Assembly: GCF_001194135.2 (NCBI RefSeq)
Contig: NC_068987.1
Location: 94,079,526 to 94,143,525, forward strand
Length of the DNA: 64,000 nt
DNA from: Octopus bimaculoides
Taxonomy: Eukaryota
Reading direction: 5' to 3'
Part shown: positions 11,571 to 24,605 of the stretch, one piece after another
How the letters are laid out: each line of letters begins with the position of its first letter
Position numbering within the stretch: the stretch's first letter is position 1
Notes under the pieces: model-generated
The model's input: only the letters and a program-made list of their open reading frames with translations
The model's database searches: none
Told to the model about the DNA's origin: nothing
Made by a program: the position numbers and the translations under genes

Positions 11571-13453
11571 ATTGCACGCTAAACCAAAGAAGAATTTACA
11601 AATTTCTGGCGAGAAAAATCTGAAGTAGTGAATAACTGAGGTAAAAGAGAATTCCTGTGATCTGTGAAATATTGGCGGGACGAAACTCTCTGAGACTCAA
11701 AGGACATCTACAACAAATAAAATGAGCTTATCTTACAAAACAACAAATACAACATTTCCATTGCCGATTTGTAAGACCATCTTTCTAATATATATATGCG
11801 TGTGTGTTTGCGTCTGTGTACACACACATACACACATATATATGAAATGGGAGGGGGAGGGGGAGACAGAATGAAAGAAAATGTGCTAAGAAACAACGAA
11901 ATCACGATGGATATGAAAGAAATAAAAATAAGCCAAAGAAGAAGAAATCGAACATGACAAAGCAATGTCAGAAGAAAAACAATCAAAGAAGCTGCAAAAG
12001 AAACTGGAATGAATAAATACATAAATAAAATAATATGACAAGTATTCTTGTTTGAGACTGTCTGAAGATGTTGGCTGTTTCAAAAAGCAATTCTAGTCAG
12101 GCTTCCTAACGTGAAGTTGAATTGATTTCAAATTGGTGCTGAAAGGCGGAGGTCACGATGTAACACACTGAAAGGTTATCTAACTCGTTTTTTTCATGAT
12201 TTTCTTGATAATTTTATTATTATTTTATTTATTTATTTATTTATTTTTGTAGGGTGGCGAGATTCCATACAGTACTTGTTTATATGTATGTGTGACTCAT
12301 CGTTTATTTTTTGTGACTGTTTATGCTAATACACACACACATATTATATGCATGTATATATGTATATATATGTATGTATATACATACATACATACATATA
12401 TATATATGTATGTATGTATATATATATATATATATATGGCTGTCTCATACATCTTTTTTCTCTCTGTCGTACAAATATACATACGTGTAATATATGTGCG
12501 TGTGTTTATATAAATCGTACTTAATGGGGGAGCTTGAAGTAAACAAATCTATAAGTAATAGCGCATAACTATTGGGTTAAAACCGGTTTAGATGAAAAAT
12601 AGTCAAACCCAGCCGTCAACAGTTTTTCATCTAAGGACTTTTCAAGCCAATATTTTACACCCTATTTTTTATAGCCTTATCCACTTCGAATACCACTGTT
12701 AAAAAACAACTTATTTCACGTCTTTAATTATTGTGAAATTATTGTGAAGTAAACAACATGCAAATCTCGAAGGTAAGAATGAAGCATCTCAAATGGACGG
12801 CGAAAATTCGCAGAGTTCCTGTGGTGCAATGTTGGCACGTCTATCATGTTCACAGAAGTGGGGTCGCGTCCCATGGGCAACCGACCTTTTCCCCTCCAAG
12901 GAATTTTTGAAACCTAATTTTCACATCACGTGATTTCCTGCATCATGTTACAGCGGTATTTGGCTGTTAACATTTTGTATCTTAATATATCTGGGGAATT
13001 CTCATTGACTAGGCGGGGAGAAAAAGCGTCCCAGGCATGACCATCAAGTCTTCTGACAATATTGCCGGATGTAATATCAGAAATCTGTTTTCAGACGATT
13101 GTGTGACCAAGGGACACATGGTTGCTATTTCTGTTATGCCAAGCGACCATATTGCTCCTTTCTCTTTTATTCTTATGTCTGTATTTTGGTTCTAACCCCA
13201 AAATAAACATAAGCCACTTTATCTGTATATCACGTGAATTGAGGAAGGCAGACTTTCGTTCTTCATACATTTGGTACAACTGGAATATTATTCTCATATA
13301 CTTGCTTTCGACTTGCTCTTACTCGTTCAGTTTTCCTCTCTCTCTCTCTCTCCCTCTTTCTCTCTCTCTCTCCCTCTTTCTCTCTCTCTCTCCCTCTTTT
13401 ATACGCAAATGTATCGATATATCTTTATCTTTTGTTTTTTTACTTGTTACAAA

Positions 13454-13629
13454 CATTTGACTGCGGCCATGCTTGAGCACTGCCTTCAAGAATAGTTTGT
13501 CGAATGAATCGACCCCAATATTATTTTTTACGAACGCAGACAAACCAACACCGGGTGTCAAGCGGTTGTGCGGGACAAATACAAACACGAAGACACACAC
13601 ACACAAACACACACGTACACACACTGTCT

Positions 13630-13703
<74 letters not shown>

Positions 13704-13858
13704 ACAACAGGATTCTTATAGTTTCTGTCAACAAAATCCAATCTGAAGGGTTTGGTCAGCCCTTGGCAATAGGAGAAAACACCTACCCAAAGTGCGAAGC
13801 AGTAGACTGAACCCGGAACCATGTGTTCGGGAGGCAAGCTTCTTACCATCCAGTTTCA
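13454..13858 (-). mobile_element. SINE family A, full length with internal (CT)n/(CA)n
   Basis: Both the head ('ctgaacccggaaccatgtg..aagcttcttacca') and the tail ('catttgactgcggccatgc') are present. Confidence 0.85.
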
Positions 13859-15799
13859 CATATAAAGACAGATTTATTAACTCTCTTGTGTTTTCCTTCT
13901 GATACTAACAAGCCCAAACATCCCTCACACTCTCCCTCATTGCTTTTCATACGCAAGTGCTTTTCACTCTCTAAATTGTTTCACTCTTCTTTTACTGACA
14001 ATATTTCACACATATCAACTAATAATATAATCACGTTCAAGCAACATGCCAACAATTACAGCCTAATCTCCCTGAAAATCACACTGTTTCCGTATTAAAC
14101 ACGAAACATGGTCACGTGCCTCCACCAGTTTTGTTTCCTAATAATATACTTAATAAAGTATAGATTTTAATGAAATTTTGTAAACATACGTTTCAAAGAT
14201 AGGGATGATGATTATGCTGAGGAAAGACCTTTTAAATCAATTCTTTTTTAACAAAGGAAAAAAATTCATGTCTTTTAGACACTCTGCGCAGTATAAACAT
14301 CTGTGGCATAATACTTGTTAAAATTATTCTTTATCAATATGAAATAGGAAAGTAAGCTAAACATAAATTCATCTCTATGATAATAATGTATTATTATCAT
14401 AGAGATAAATAAAAATATAGTGAGAAATTATTCAGTATTAATGTTGTGTATTTTCTATTTGAATTGTTGAAGGCTAAATATAAATTACGAAACTATTTTT
14501 GAAAGTATCTTCTAATTTCGTGTTGATAACGAATAAAATCAGTTAAAAATAAAATTATAATTATTTTTATCTTGCGTAATAATCATAATTTAATGATTAA
14601 TTAAAAAGATATGAACTTTTCTTTCTCAGTTAAAAAATTAATTTTAACATATTCGTCACCTCCTTCTTTGGAAATGAATCTCAATAGTTTTATTAAGAAA
14701 GTTATGAAGCGAAAAAATCCGTTGGTGGAGGTGGTGCACCGAACTATTCTTATACAACATTCATGTAATATAGTCTGACATATAATTAAAATTAAATTGC
14801 TGTGTTCATAATTGGATCAAATCTCATCTTATTTGTGCACAATCAGAATTAACCTTAAACTTCATAACAATATTTCCAATCCTACTTCCCAACCTGCGTA
14901 TGGCATATGCATTTATAATGAATGCATATTACAATAATCTTCCCTCGACGGAAAATCTTCACCCATTGAATTTCATACGATCAGCTTTTGTTCCACGATG
15001 AATGCCCTTTTATGGTCAATTAATGATGTCCTATAAAAGTTACTGAAGATTAAAACCAAAGCACAGTCTATCGTACACATCTTGAAAATGTATTTATCAA
15101 TTCACCATGACAGTCCACGGGTGGTCGGCAACTGAAGCAGTTATGTTCACACGAAGAGCTTCAAGGCGATGCTAATATCTTTTGGCGAAGTTATTCGAAG
15201 TTATTCAACAGAATTTCTCAAAATGCATCAGAAAAGTGCAACATGCCTCCCAGGTAGAAACTAAAATCAAAACGAACAGAAAACACACACACACACACAA
15301 ACATGTACACACATACATGCATACACACACGTGTATATATGCATACACGCACACACACACATATATATATAAGCATGTATGTATATGTACAAGAAAATAA
15401 TATATACATATATATATTTTATGTATACAATCTATAAGTGAAATCATGTTACGTGCATATTCTAATTATGCTCTTTGCGCAAACGTTATGCATTTGTGTG
15501 TATGGGCAGGAAATATCTAGTTGCATCGGTTTGTGCGTCACAAGTTCTTGTTACCTTTGGATGTGTGTGCGAAAACAAGCTTTCCACATTTTACCGATAA
15601 TCTGTGCCGCTGACTTCCTTTTAAGAAAACCTGATACGTTCGGCCATCTTTTTATTCCTTTCTTTACTTCTCTTGTTATATCTATTTACTGATTTGTTTA
15701 TTTTGCATCGGATTGTTAACTTATATGTTGCATGGTTAATATCATAATGATAAATGCATGGCATGTATTGTGGTTCGAGAGAAATTGCAAATAGAAACC

Positions 15800-16400
15800 A
15801 TAACAAAAAAAAATGTCAAAGTTATCTACATGCAATTGGTGCTGTTCTTGCAATTGTTATAACCACGCAAATTCCCCATTAAATAATTTGTGTTTGAAAA
15901 TGGACAGATTATTGTGCAAAAGTATTTACATTGTATAATTTAGTTCCTAAGATTGACTGGGCATCGTTTTAAATTAAGGTTCAGGCAGCATCATCAGCTT
16001 TCAGGAATCTTGAAAGCGTTTGCACACAATTCTATCAAAATACATCAAATCTATAAAATGTAGTATTCAAAAGCATAACATTTTTGGGGGACGATTTCAG
16101 AAAATATCAAATCTTGCAATCAAGATGACGAGTGTTGAGATCTTAGAATTCCAAAGACAATGAATATGCTCTTATATAGGAATTTTGTTTTAAGCATACT
16201 TAGAAAGCTAAAAATTATTAACAAATATCATAATATTTGTCGAAATACTGGAAGAAGTTTGACTTACACTGAACAACCTCGTATGCGCTTTAAACAAATA
16301 AACATTTCACTGAATCTTATATTCCAATATATTGTCTCTTAAATGAAAGATTTTCATTGAAATCTTTCAAAATTCAGAATAGACGATTATCGAAGAATAC
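15800..16400 (+). mobile_element. Highly decayed RTE-like LINE fragment (post-RT region)
   Basis: The translations IKVQAASSAFRNL and NMLLYRNFVLSILRKLKIINKYH resemble the RTE motifs RIQAASSAFGRL and TLLYGxETW..RKL..FH. Confidence 0.4.
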
Positions 16401-16841
16401 AACGTAACATTCTTAGACGACACATCGATCACATCAAGTTAATTTTTTTTCTTTATGAATGTGCATATTTAATTTATTTCTAATATCATTATTATGTTTG
16501 GTTTAGTTCCGTTACTCGATGAGAAGCAAAAAAACGTGAAACTAAAAACGTAACTTGCAGATGAAAATCATTTTTATTGTTTCTTGTTCTTATCATTTAT
16601 TTATTACGGCTGTGTTTTTCTCATTCGTATAAACCTGCCTCTGTACACACATAGCCCAGGCCTAAGACGGCAAACCGAAATTACTTGGTATAAGGGGTGG
16701 GGAGGGGGGCAAAAACAACAAAATACCGAACACTATAATCTAAAACACCTGGGTTGGAGTGCGAGGTGCTTGATATGCCGTGAGTAACACGGGGATAATG
16801 TACTGAAGACATAAGGCACATAAAGAAAGTTAATGGAGCCG

Positions 16842-16842
<1 letters not shown>

Positions 16843-16911
<69 letters not shown>

Positions 16912-16955
16912 CAACAACAATAATATGATGTAATAATACAGAGTTGTCATGATGA

Positions 16956-17001
<46 letters not shown>
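16843..17001. repeat. (ATA)n/(ACA)n tract plus (GAAA)n tract
   Basis: Read directly from the sequence. Confidence 0.95.
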
Positions 17002-17003
<2 letters not shown>

Positions 17004-18139
17004 CCAAGTAAATGACTGACGTACTTTGGACCTAGCAATGTGTTTGTGGTTAAGAAACTGAAATGAGCAGGTTCATCAAAATAGTCTCAGATGTTAGCCT
17101 CATCCTGACATTCTAAGGAGCAGCAAAACTGTTTAATAAAGAAATTGTGCGTAAATTTTAACAAAGACTGGGAAAGTCTTCGGTCAAATTCCTTAGAATT
17201 GTAACGTGAAGAGTAGTTTTTTTCTCAGCGGTGACATTTAGTAATTCTTATATAGAAAAACGGATGAAAACATAAAGCTTCCACTGTAATCCCTGGTCAT
17301 TTAAAGTTAACACGTTATACTTTCAATTGTTAATTACACATAAATCAGCCCTAATTAACCAGAGGTATTCCACCCTTGACACCGCCATTTATTTCACCCA
17401 AATTGTATACTTCTGAGCAGAAACTCCAAAATGCCCCTATCTCTTCGAGACTATAACATATTGTGCAATGTTACTTTTAGTCCCAAGTCGATCTATATTC
17501 TACAAAGACAGTGAAGAATGTATATTTCCCGGAAGTAGATTTTCATGTCTTCCTTTTGGTAGGACATCAGCCAAAAGAAACAGTTAAGAACATCACTCGT
17601 CTGGTGATTGTATTGGTAATTCTAGTGTTCCTTAGATCTTGTAATGGTTAGCTGGTGGAAATAGGTGTTCTGCTGATAGTGCATGTGTTGTAAAAGCACA
17701 CATACACACACACACACTTGTATTTCAGATTTTTGTCACTTTATGTTTTAATAGCTGTAATAGTCTGAAGCAATATAAACTTTCATTAGAGCAACTTCCT
17801 GTTTAACAGATTTACATTTCCTCTTCTTTCAACTCAACATTACTATACCTCTTCACTTTTCTTTATAGCTAAACGGTTATATGTGTGTGTGTTTATACAT
17901 ATATGCACACACATATACAGTGAGAGAGATACCCACACACAAACAGAGAGGTGTGAGAGTGAGAGAGTGGGAGAGATAACGAGTTCATATCTCGTATGTT
18001 CCTCTCATGTCTATTCGTATATTTTCTCACCTGGACCCAGTATATTCTTATGTTTTCACACCTGGATACGGTTACAATTCAACATTAATTGCATGTTCTC
18101 AAACAAGTTTTCACAATAATATCGACAATAATAATGTTG

Positions 18140-18169
18140 ATGATAGTGATGATGATGATGAGGATGATT

Positions 18170-18216
<47 letters not shown>

Positions 18217-18560
18217 GGTGGTAGTGGTGGTGGTAGTGATGGTCATTGAATTGGTGGTGGTTGTGGTGGTGTTGGCCGTGGTGGTGGGAGTGGTAGCGGT
18301 GGTGGTGGTTGTGGTGGTGGTGGTGGTGGTGGTAGTGGTGGTGGTAGTGATGGTCATTGAATTGGTGTTTGTGGTGGTGTTGGTGATGGTCGTAGAGGTG
18401 TTGGTGCTGGTCGTCGCCGTCGTCACCGTCGTCGTTATGGTGGTGGTGGTGGTGGTTGTAGTGATGGTCATTGAATTGGTGGTGGTTGTGGTGGTGTTGG
18501 TCGTGGTGGTGGTAGTGGTAGCGGTGGTGGTGGTTATGGTGGTGGTGGTGGTGATACCTA
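18140..18560. repeat. (GAT)n/(GGT)n triplet array with a higher-order ~111-114 bp unit, three copies
   Basis: The anchor 'gatggtcattgaattggtg' occurs at 18238, 18349 and 18463. Confidence 0.9.
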
Positions 18561-19299
18561 TGGCAGTGGTGTCTATTGATAACGACGATGGCGGTGGTGC
18601 CTGGAGTGGTTGTGGTGGCGGTGCTTGTAGTAGCGTTCACTGCTAGGATGTCTAGAGTGATGTCTAAGTGTCTGATGCGGTGGAGTTAGGAATGCCGTGT
18701 ATGATAGCGAACAGAGTGTATAATGTTGCTGTTGCTCAGCTGACTTCACCGCAATCATGTTTCGTTTACAACTTTTACCCGTAATTCTATTTTCATTATC
18801 TCGGTTGCTTTGACAAGTGAGTCTATTTACTGAGGATCCAAAATTCTTTCTTAACACAAACCAAACGAAGATATTTACATCAGAAAATCGCTGACGGAAA
18901 ATAACTTTAGGAAAACATTCTGCACGCTAAATAGTTTCATATTTAACAATATGTTAGAGCTTCATATTTAACAAAAAAAAAGAAGAAAAAGAGAGATACC
19001 CTGGTAAGTTCATCTCATTGAAAATTGGAGACAACACAGACAAGATGGAATTTTGTCAAATAATTAATTGAATGGCTTCAGCAGGAGTCTAACCTATTTT
19101 TATTTCGAATAAATACATTCCGCTGTGGTACTTTCCCTCAAGTACTACATTTCCTTTATATTCTTCAGAACCAGCGTCATTTGACTCCTGTTATATATGT
19201 GTGTGTGTGAGAGAGTGTGTGTGTGTGTGTGTATGTGCGAGTGTGTGCGCGCACACGCGTGTGTGATGCCATAATTGTATGTATATAAATGTATCTCCA

Positions 19300-19358
<59 letters not shown>

Positions 19359-19397
19359 ATGTGTGTGCGTGTGTGTGAGTGTATGTGTGTGTGTGTA

Positions 19398-19692
19398 GGC
19401 GTGTGGCTTAGTGGTTAAGGCTTTCGGCTCACGATCGTAATTAAGGTCGTGAGTTCAATTCCCAGCGACACATTGTGTCCTTGAGCAAGACACTTTATTT
19501 CACGTTGCTCCAGTCCACTCAACTGGCAAAAATGAGTAGTACCTGTAATTCAAAGGGCCAGCATTGTCACATTCTGTGTCACGCTAAACGTGTCTGTGGA
19601 GTGCTCAGCCACTTGCACGTTAATTTCACGAGCAAGCTGTTCCGTTGATTGTATTAGCTGGGACCCACGTCGTCGTAACCGACAAGTGCTCC
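19398..19692 (+). mobile_element. SINE family C (tRNA-derived head, Meta-like core), apparently full length
   Basis: A box TGGCTTAGTGG and B box GTTCAATTCC, followed by 'gtgtccttgagcaagacacttt..gctccagtccactcaactgg'. It is flanked by (TG)n and (TA)n. Confidence 0.85.
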
Positions 19693-19717
19693 ATATATAT
19701 ATATATATGGAGAGAGA

Positions 19718-19758
<41 letters not shown>

Positions 19759-21250
19759 TGGAATATATTCCCCGAGGAAGTTTAATAAGACCTAAACATG
19801 CTCCTGTCTTTCACCAGTTAGTTTTAAAGACCAGATCCATTCAAATCTACTTCGATTTCATTGCAAAAACTGTCCATCAAATGCTTTTATTTGAGTTATT
19901 TCCGTTAATCGCTGTTACATTCAAGGGCACAGTTTTCGTCAAATGACTGATTGAATACCCTCCCCTAATGCAAGTTTTACATGACATACAGTAAGTATTA
20001 CGTGTGTGAGACCTCGCTCTAATTGCTATACGACAGCACATGCTTTCATGTGTTGCTACAGAGACTGTGTATGTGAGTATATGTGTCTCTACTGGTTGCG
20101 TGTGTGAGTGTGTATTGCGTGTGCTTGCTGACGCATTTGTCTGCATGTATGCCTTTGTTATTTCGTACATCAGTTCCTATTGTTTATGTGCGTCTGTGTG
20201 TGTATGTGTTTGCTTGTGTGTGTGTGTGTGTGTGTGCGTGTGTGTGTGTACATATATATACACACTGTTGCTTATATGTTTATTTGTGTTTGTGTTGAGT
20301 TTTATGGCAATGTGTGAACGGTGATTTATGACATTTTCTGTATATATTTATTTAACGCCTCCTAAACCTCTGCCGTTCCAGCGGTATGTAAATACGTGCT
20401 TGTGGTTATGTAAGCGAATATCTATGTGTCTGCGTGTGTATGTAGATGTGCACCCGTGTGTGAATGTGTGCGTTGGTGTGTGTTTGATTTTGATTCATAT
20501 ATGTATGCCTCTATGTAATCGTGTTTTGCTAGAGGTGAGATCAACAACGCGAATGTTTATTGTTTAGAACGAGGCGGTATTTGATGTTTATACATCGCTG
20601 TATGTGTGTGTGTATATATATATATATATTACCATGCTTTTTTGATTCTTTGGATTCTTTCCATGAAGAAAGAGCTTATTTCTAACAAAGAAATAAAGCT
20701 ACACCACTGGAATTTAGATAACAATGGGGATGAGTTACATGTAGAGTTTTAGAAAAGTCTTGCATTTTTCAAGGCTCTGCTTACAGATTAAATTTGAAAC
20801 ATTCCTATAAGCTGCTCATTTTCTTTATACGAAAACTTCAGATTTTCGAGAATGGGACTTAAATATTTCTTAACATATTCAAGTTCACTTATAATTACGT
20901 AATCCAGTTATTGAAACTCTCAGATTTGTCTGTAACTATTCTCTTTCCGGCTAATTTTAAAATAACCTTTCGTACCTTCAGGGCAGCTAAAAATAAATAG
21001 CTGTACGTAATGATTCTGTCTTGGCCCACACATCCGGCTCACGATTGAATTTTGACGGATGACTCGTCCATTATATACCTTATGTCGTAACGTATGTTTG
21101 TACCTGCAGCAAACGTATCTGTCTTCAAAAACCACATTCTCTATTTCTAACCCAACTTCTGGTCAGTTATTTTTTGTCAAGTAATGATACACGTCCTTTC
21201 CTCTGGATTATCTGCTCCTTCTTCCCTTTTCTCCTCTCTGGAATGTCCCT

Positions 21251-21288
21251 TCTTTCCAACGAAGAGCCATGCTCGAAACGTCATTCTG
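21251..21288 (+). ncRNA. Decayed hammerhead-like motif within a Penelope-like terminal-repeat remnant
   Basis: CCAACGA-A-GAGC[CAU]GCUC-GAAA-CGUC. It has the same stem II and ACGU stem III as the 9758 and 24566 copies, but the core is mutated and stem I does not pair. Confidence 0.4.
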
Positions 21289-21603
21289 ATTTCCCATTTA
21301 AAACTTCCACTGAGCGTCTCAATCTAATAGACTCACTATATTCACGTCTAAATGACGTTGTTTTTTGCGGTTTGTTTATTCTCGATTTGCCTAAACATGG
21401 CAAATCAGACAAGTATATTTGAGTAAGTGCGGAGGTATAAATATATAAATGTTTCTATACTTGCAAGTTTAAATGCATGAACTTCTATATCTACGTATAC
21501 AGATATTCTTTTACATGTTTCAGTCATTGACTGAGGCCATGCTGGAGCACCGCCCTATGCGTGGTTTTCTGATCTTACTTTTTCAATTCTTCTCAAAATT
21601 CGT

Positions 21604-22780
21604 CGGTGTGGCTGTGTGGTAATAAGTTTGCTGTTGTAAGGGACCGTGCGATGCGAGGTGACGAGAATGGCTCCTTAGTACGTCACGCGGTTGATACAAT
21701 AAATATATAATTGACTCGTACATGTAAGTGCCAGAGAGAAAAAGGGGAGACACAACCACGTAGAATGAAGAAGAGAACATTTATTGATATGTTAACGTGT
21801 GTGTCTGTGTGTGCGTCCTGTATACAGAATAATAAGGCAGGCCGTAGTGAGAACAACGGGTATGTGCGTGCGTGAGCATTGATGTAGGCGCGTAAGTTAA
21901 GTGCGAATAAGAATGGTAATGAAGAAGGAAAACAGTGAAAGAGTGTATAGCCATCGAAGTGAGAAGTTCATAGACACAAGGAGGAGGATATCAATTCGTA
22001 GTGAATTGTACGCAGTAGTTGAAATACAGTATCAAGAAGTTGCAGCCATGATGCTGAGCCGGTTGCAGGTACATGTCGTATGTGAAGTCGTGGATGTGAT
22101 GCTGCTGCCTGGGTCACTTGGTACAGGAGTTCTTGCAGTTTGTATCTTCACTGTTGATCCATGGTGAAGTAATTCACGAACAGTGAAGTGTTGGAGCCTG
22201 GGCGAGTTGTTGGAACATGTTGCTTGCTGAGTTGTGTACGTAGAGGGATGATGCTGTCGACGTTAAGAACATGAAGGTGGCGACGAAGACGGACGTTGCC
22301 GTAATGCTGTTGGACGAAGTTGGTAAGTCTCAGCATGGCTGCTGTGGTGTCGTCGCTGGAACTGGCTGTGTCTTGTGTGGTCAGTGGCTTGATCTAAGAA
22401 GGTCTGGAACCGAAAGACTTCGAAAGAAGAGAGCTGTCTCGCGTGATTTTATTTAGAGGCTCCGATTGGTTATACGCGGCAAATTGGCGCGACAGAGTAA
22501 GAGACAAATTGAGCCAATGCCAACCAATCAGAGTAGTGGACACAACGGGGTCAAAATAGCGGCCATAGGCTGTTACCTGCTACGTTCGAATGCACGTATA
22601 TATAATAAAGGGGAGAGAGGAATTTCACTCGAGTGTACGCTACATTGTCATACCACATCGTCCCGGGTTCAGTACGACTGCATGGCACCTTGAGCAAGTA
22701 TCTTTTACTACAGCCCCAGGTCGACCAGATCGTTGTGAGTGGATTTGGTAGACAGAAACTGAAAGAAGAAAGTTGTGCAT

Positions 22781-22858
<78 letters not shown>

Positions 22859-22860
22859 AT
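21604..22860 (+). mobile_element. SINE family A copy split by the solo LTR (21604-21634 plus 22645-~22860)
   Basis: 'gtggctgtgtggtaataagtttg' rejoins 'cataccacatcgtcccgggttcag...gtgagtggatttggtagacagaaactgaaagaag' when the insert is removed. Confidence 0.8.
21635..22644 (-). mobile_element. Solo LTR (1010 bp), probably Ty3/Gypsy-like
   Basis: The termini are TGTA...TACA and the flanks CTGT/TTGT form a 4-bp TSD with one mismatch. There are clustered CCAAT boxes at 22465-22530 and a minus-strand AATAAA at 21780-21785, ~145 bp from the 3' end. No long ORF. Confidence 0.75.
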
Positions 22861-22949
22861 AGCAGCAGTGCAGTGACTGAAATAAGTCACAAATAAAAGG
22901 AATCAGTCATTTCTCTAGCAAAGAAAGAAATTATGTGATTGGAACGTTG

Positions 22950-23420
22950 ACAGTGGGTGGGTTCTTTCTAGTTTTATGGAACCCAGTTTCTCACGATTGG
23001 TAACTGAAGTTATTATTCACGAATCCAAGTGCTCTAAAATTTATTAGTTGAAATCAAAGCATGCAGTGCAGATGAAATCACAGCAGATTCCTCGACAGCT
23101 CGACAAATCTTTAACCTTATGTTAACATCTGCTGCGAAACTGATTTCAACTACTGCGAAGAGTATTTTTATTTCCGTCCCAGATCATTTTGTCTGGTCTA
23201 TTTATGGCTGTCAGTCAGTATGGTACATAAAACTCTGCGTTCATTGTTGCTTTGAACAGGTTGACGTGGGCTTTTTGTACCAATAAGCAACTATCACCTC
23301 TCTTCCTGGTGATTTTCTGTTCGACACTTTTGCAACAACTGTCAGGATGCCTTTAATTACAATATTTTCTGGCATTCGTTTCCACCATTCTCACCCCGTA
23401 ACTCATTTCACTAGGGTTGT
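22950..23420 (-). mobile_element. Possible decayed RT-proximal fragment of an RLE-type retrotransposon
   Basis: The minus strand encodes AKVSNRKSPGREVIVAYWYKK, resembling the KSPGxDxIxxYWYK motif. The rest is too degenerate to read. Confidence 0.35.
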
Positions 23421-23536
23421 CTAGTTTGTTTCCATGTATATACATTTGTATGTACACCTGTATATATGTACGCATGTATGTATGTATGTATGTACGTACG
23501 TATGTATGTATGTATGTATGTATGTATGTATGTATG

Positions 23537-24012
23537 TCTCTTCTACTTTTTAATTATTATAAATCTTCTACTGAGGAGGGAGCCGGTTTCCAACAAATAT
23601 GCAAGGTTTCATCTTTGGTATGTAGTTAACACAGACAATTTCACATTTGGAACTTGAGAAAAGTCTGGTATATTTTTACAGTTTCCTTCACAGATTGCCC
23701 TTGTAAAGTGCGAATTAGCCGGTCGATTTCTCTTTCTGGCAATCCCAGTTTATCCAGATTCTTTTTTAAGCATTTACTAACCAAACCTAGTACTCTAATT
23801 ATTATTGGTATGAATATGAATTCATAGTCTGGATATAGAAGCTGGAGGTCTCGAAGAAGTTGTCCATAGATATCTTCTTCTTTTAAAAAGTATTTATACA
23901 TTATTCAGTTTATTTCAAGATTTCTGGCCAATAAAGAAAGAACCGGTTTCTAACCTAGATCCAGGGCTCCTTCATTGGAATTTCAACATCAACAACATGG
24001 TATTTTTGCTCG
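23537..24012 (-). mobile_element. 5'-truncated RLE-type non-LTR retrotransposon(s) embedded in (TATG)n
   Basis: ORF 23641-23901 (KEEDIYGQLLRDLQLLYPDYEFIFIPIII..LGLVSKCLKKNLDKLG..TVKI..FLKF) is an RLE C-terminus. (TATG)n lies on both sides (23470-23536 and 24013-24037), and there are two related 3'-UTR blocks. Confidence 0.75.
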
Positions 24013-24426
24013 TATGTATGTATGTATGTATGTATGTGCAGATTGTATGTTTTATGTATGTATTCTCATATATATAGCTGCATATCGAGAAATGGTGATA
24101 TATATTTAAATGATAAATGTATGTATGTATGTATGTATGTGTGTGTTATGTGTATAAGTGTGCGTAATAAGTTCCAAAATATAAACAGAATTTATTATAA
24201 TTTCCAAAATTTAAACAGAAAAGTGTGAAAGGAACAAGTGGGAAATTCATGCATGAAACCGGATGTTGCTTATTTGTCGTAAGTTGTCGCCAAAAATATC
24301 ATTACAATTTCACACCTTTAACAATGATATTTGTCACTTTTGGTGGCGTCAACAGCGATAAGATCCTTGTAATAGTGAGTCACCATTGGGTGTCAGTGAC
24401 GAAAGCAAATGTAAGTGTGTGTGTGT

Positions 24427-24479
<53 letters not shown>

Positions 24480-24565
24480 TATGTATAAGGTTCAAAATTA
24501 TCGAAATAAATAAATAAACAGCCAAAAAGTAACAAATACTTTAACCAGCAGGGAAGCTGGAAGAA

Positions 24566-24605
24566 GTCTTTGAGGTTTCGAGCCTAGCCTCTTCTACAGA
24601 AAGAA
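24566..24605 (-). ncRNA. Hammerhead-like motif, A6U core, decayed; same family as 9758-9800
   Basis: UUCUUU-CUGUAGA-A-GAGG[CUAG]GCUC-GAAA-CCUC/AAAGAC. Stem I (UCUUU/AAAGA) is retained, with single substitutions in stems II and III. Confidence 0.5.

Noticed and set aside
12570-12790. Possible mariner 5' end or MITE fragment (similarly 17140-17400 and 24170-24230)
   Set aside because: The resemblance rests on recollection only. No paired TIRs or transposase are visible in the window.
14930-15200. Faint similarity to a Helitron helicase C-terminus (SIN..KAQ..GQL)
   Set aside because: Too degenerate, with motifs scattered over several frames.
19398-19470. tRNA gene
   Set aside because: A and B boxes are present, but there is no complete cloverleaf and the sequence runs into a SINE body.
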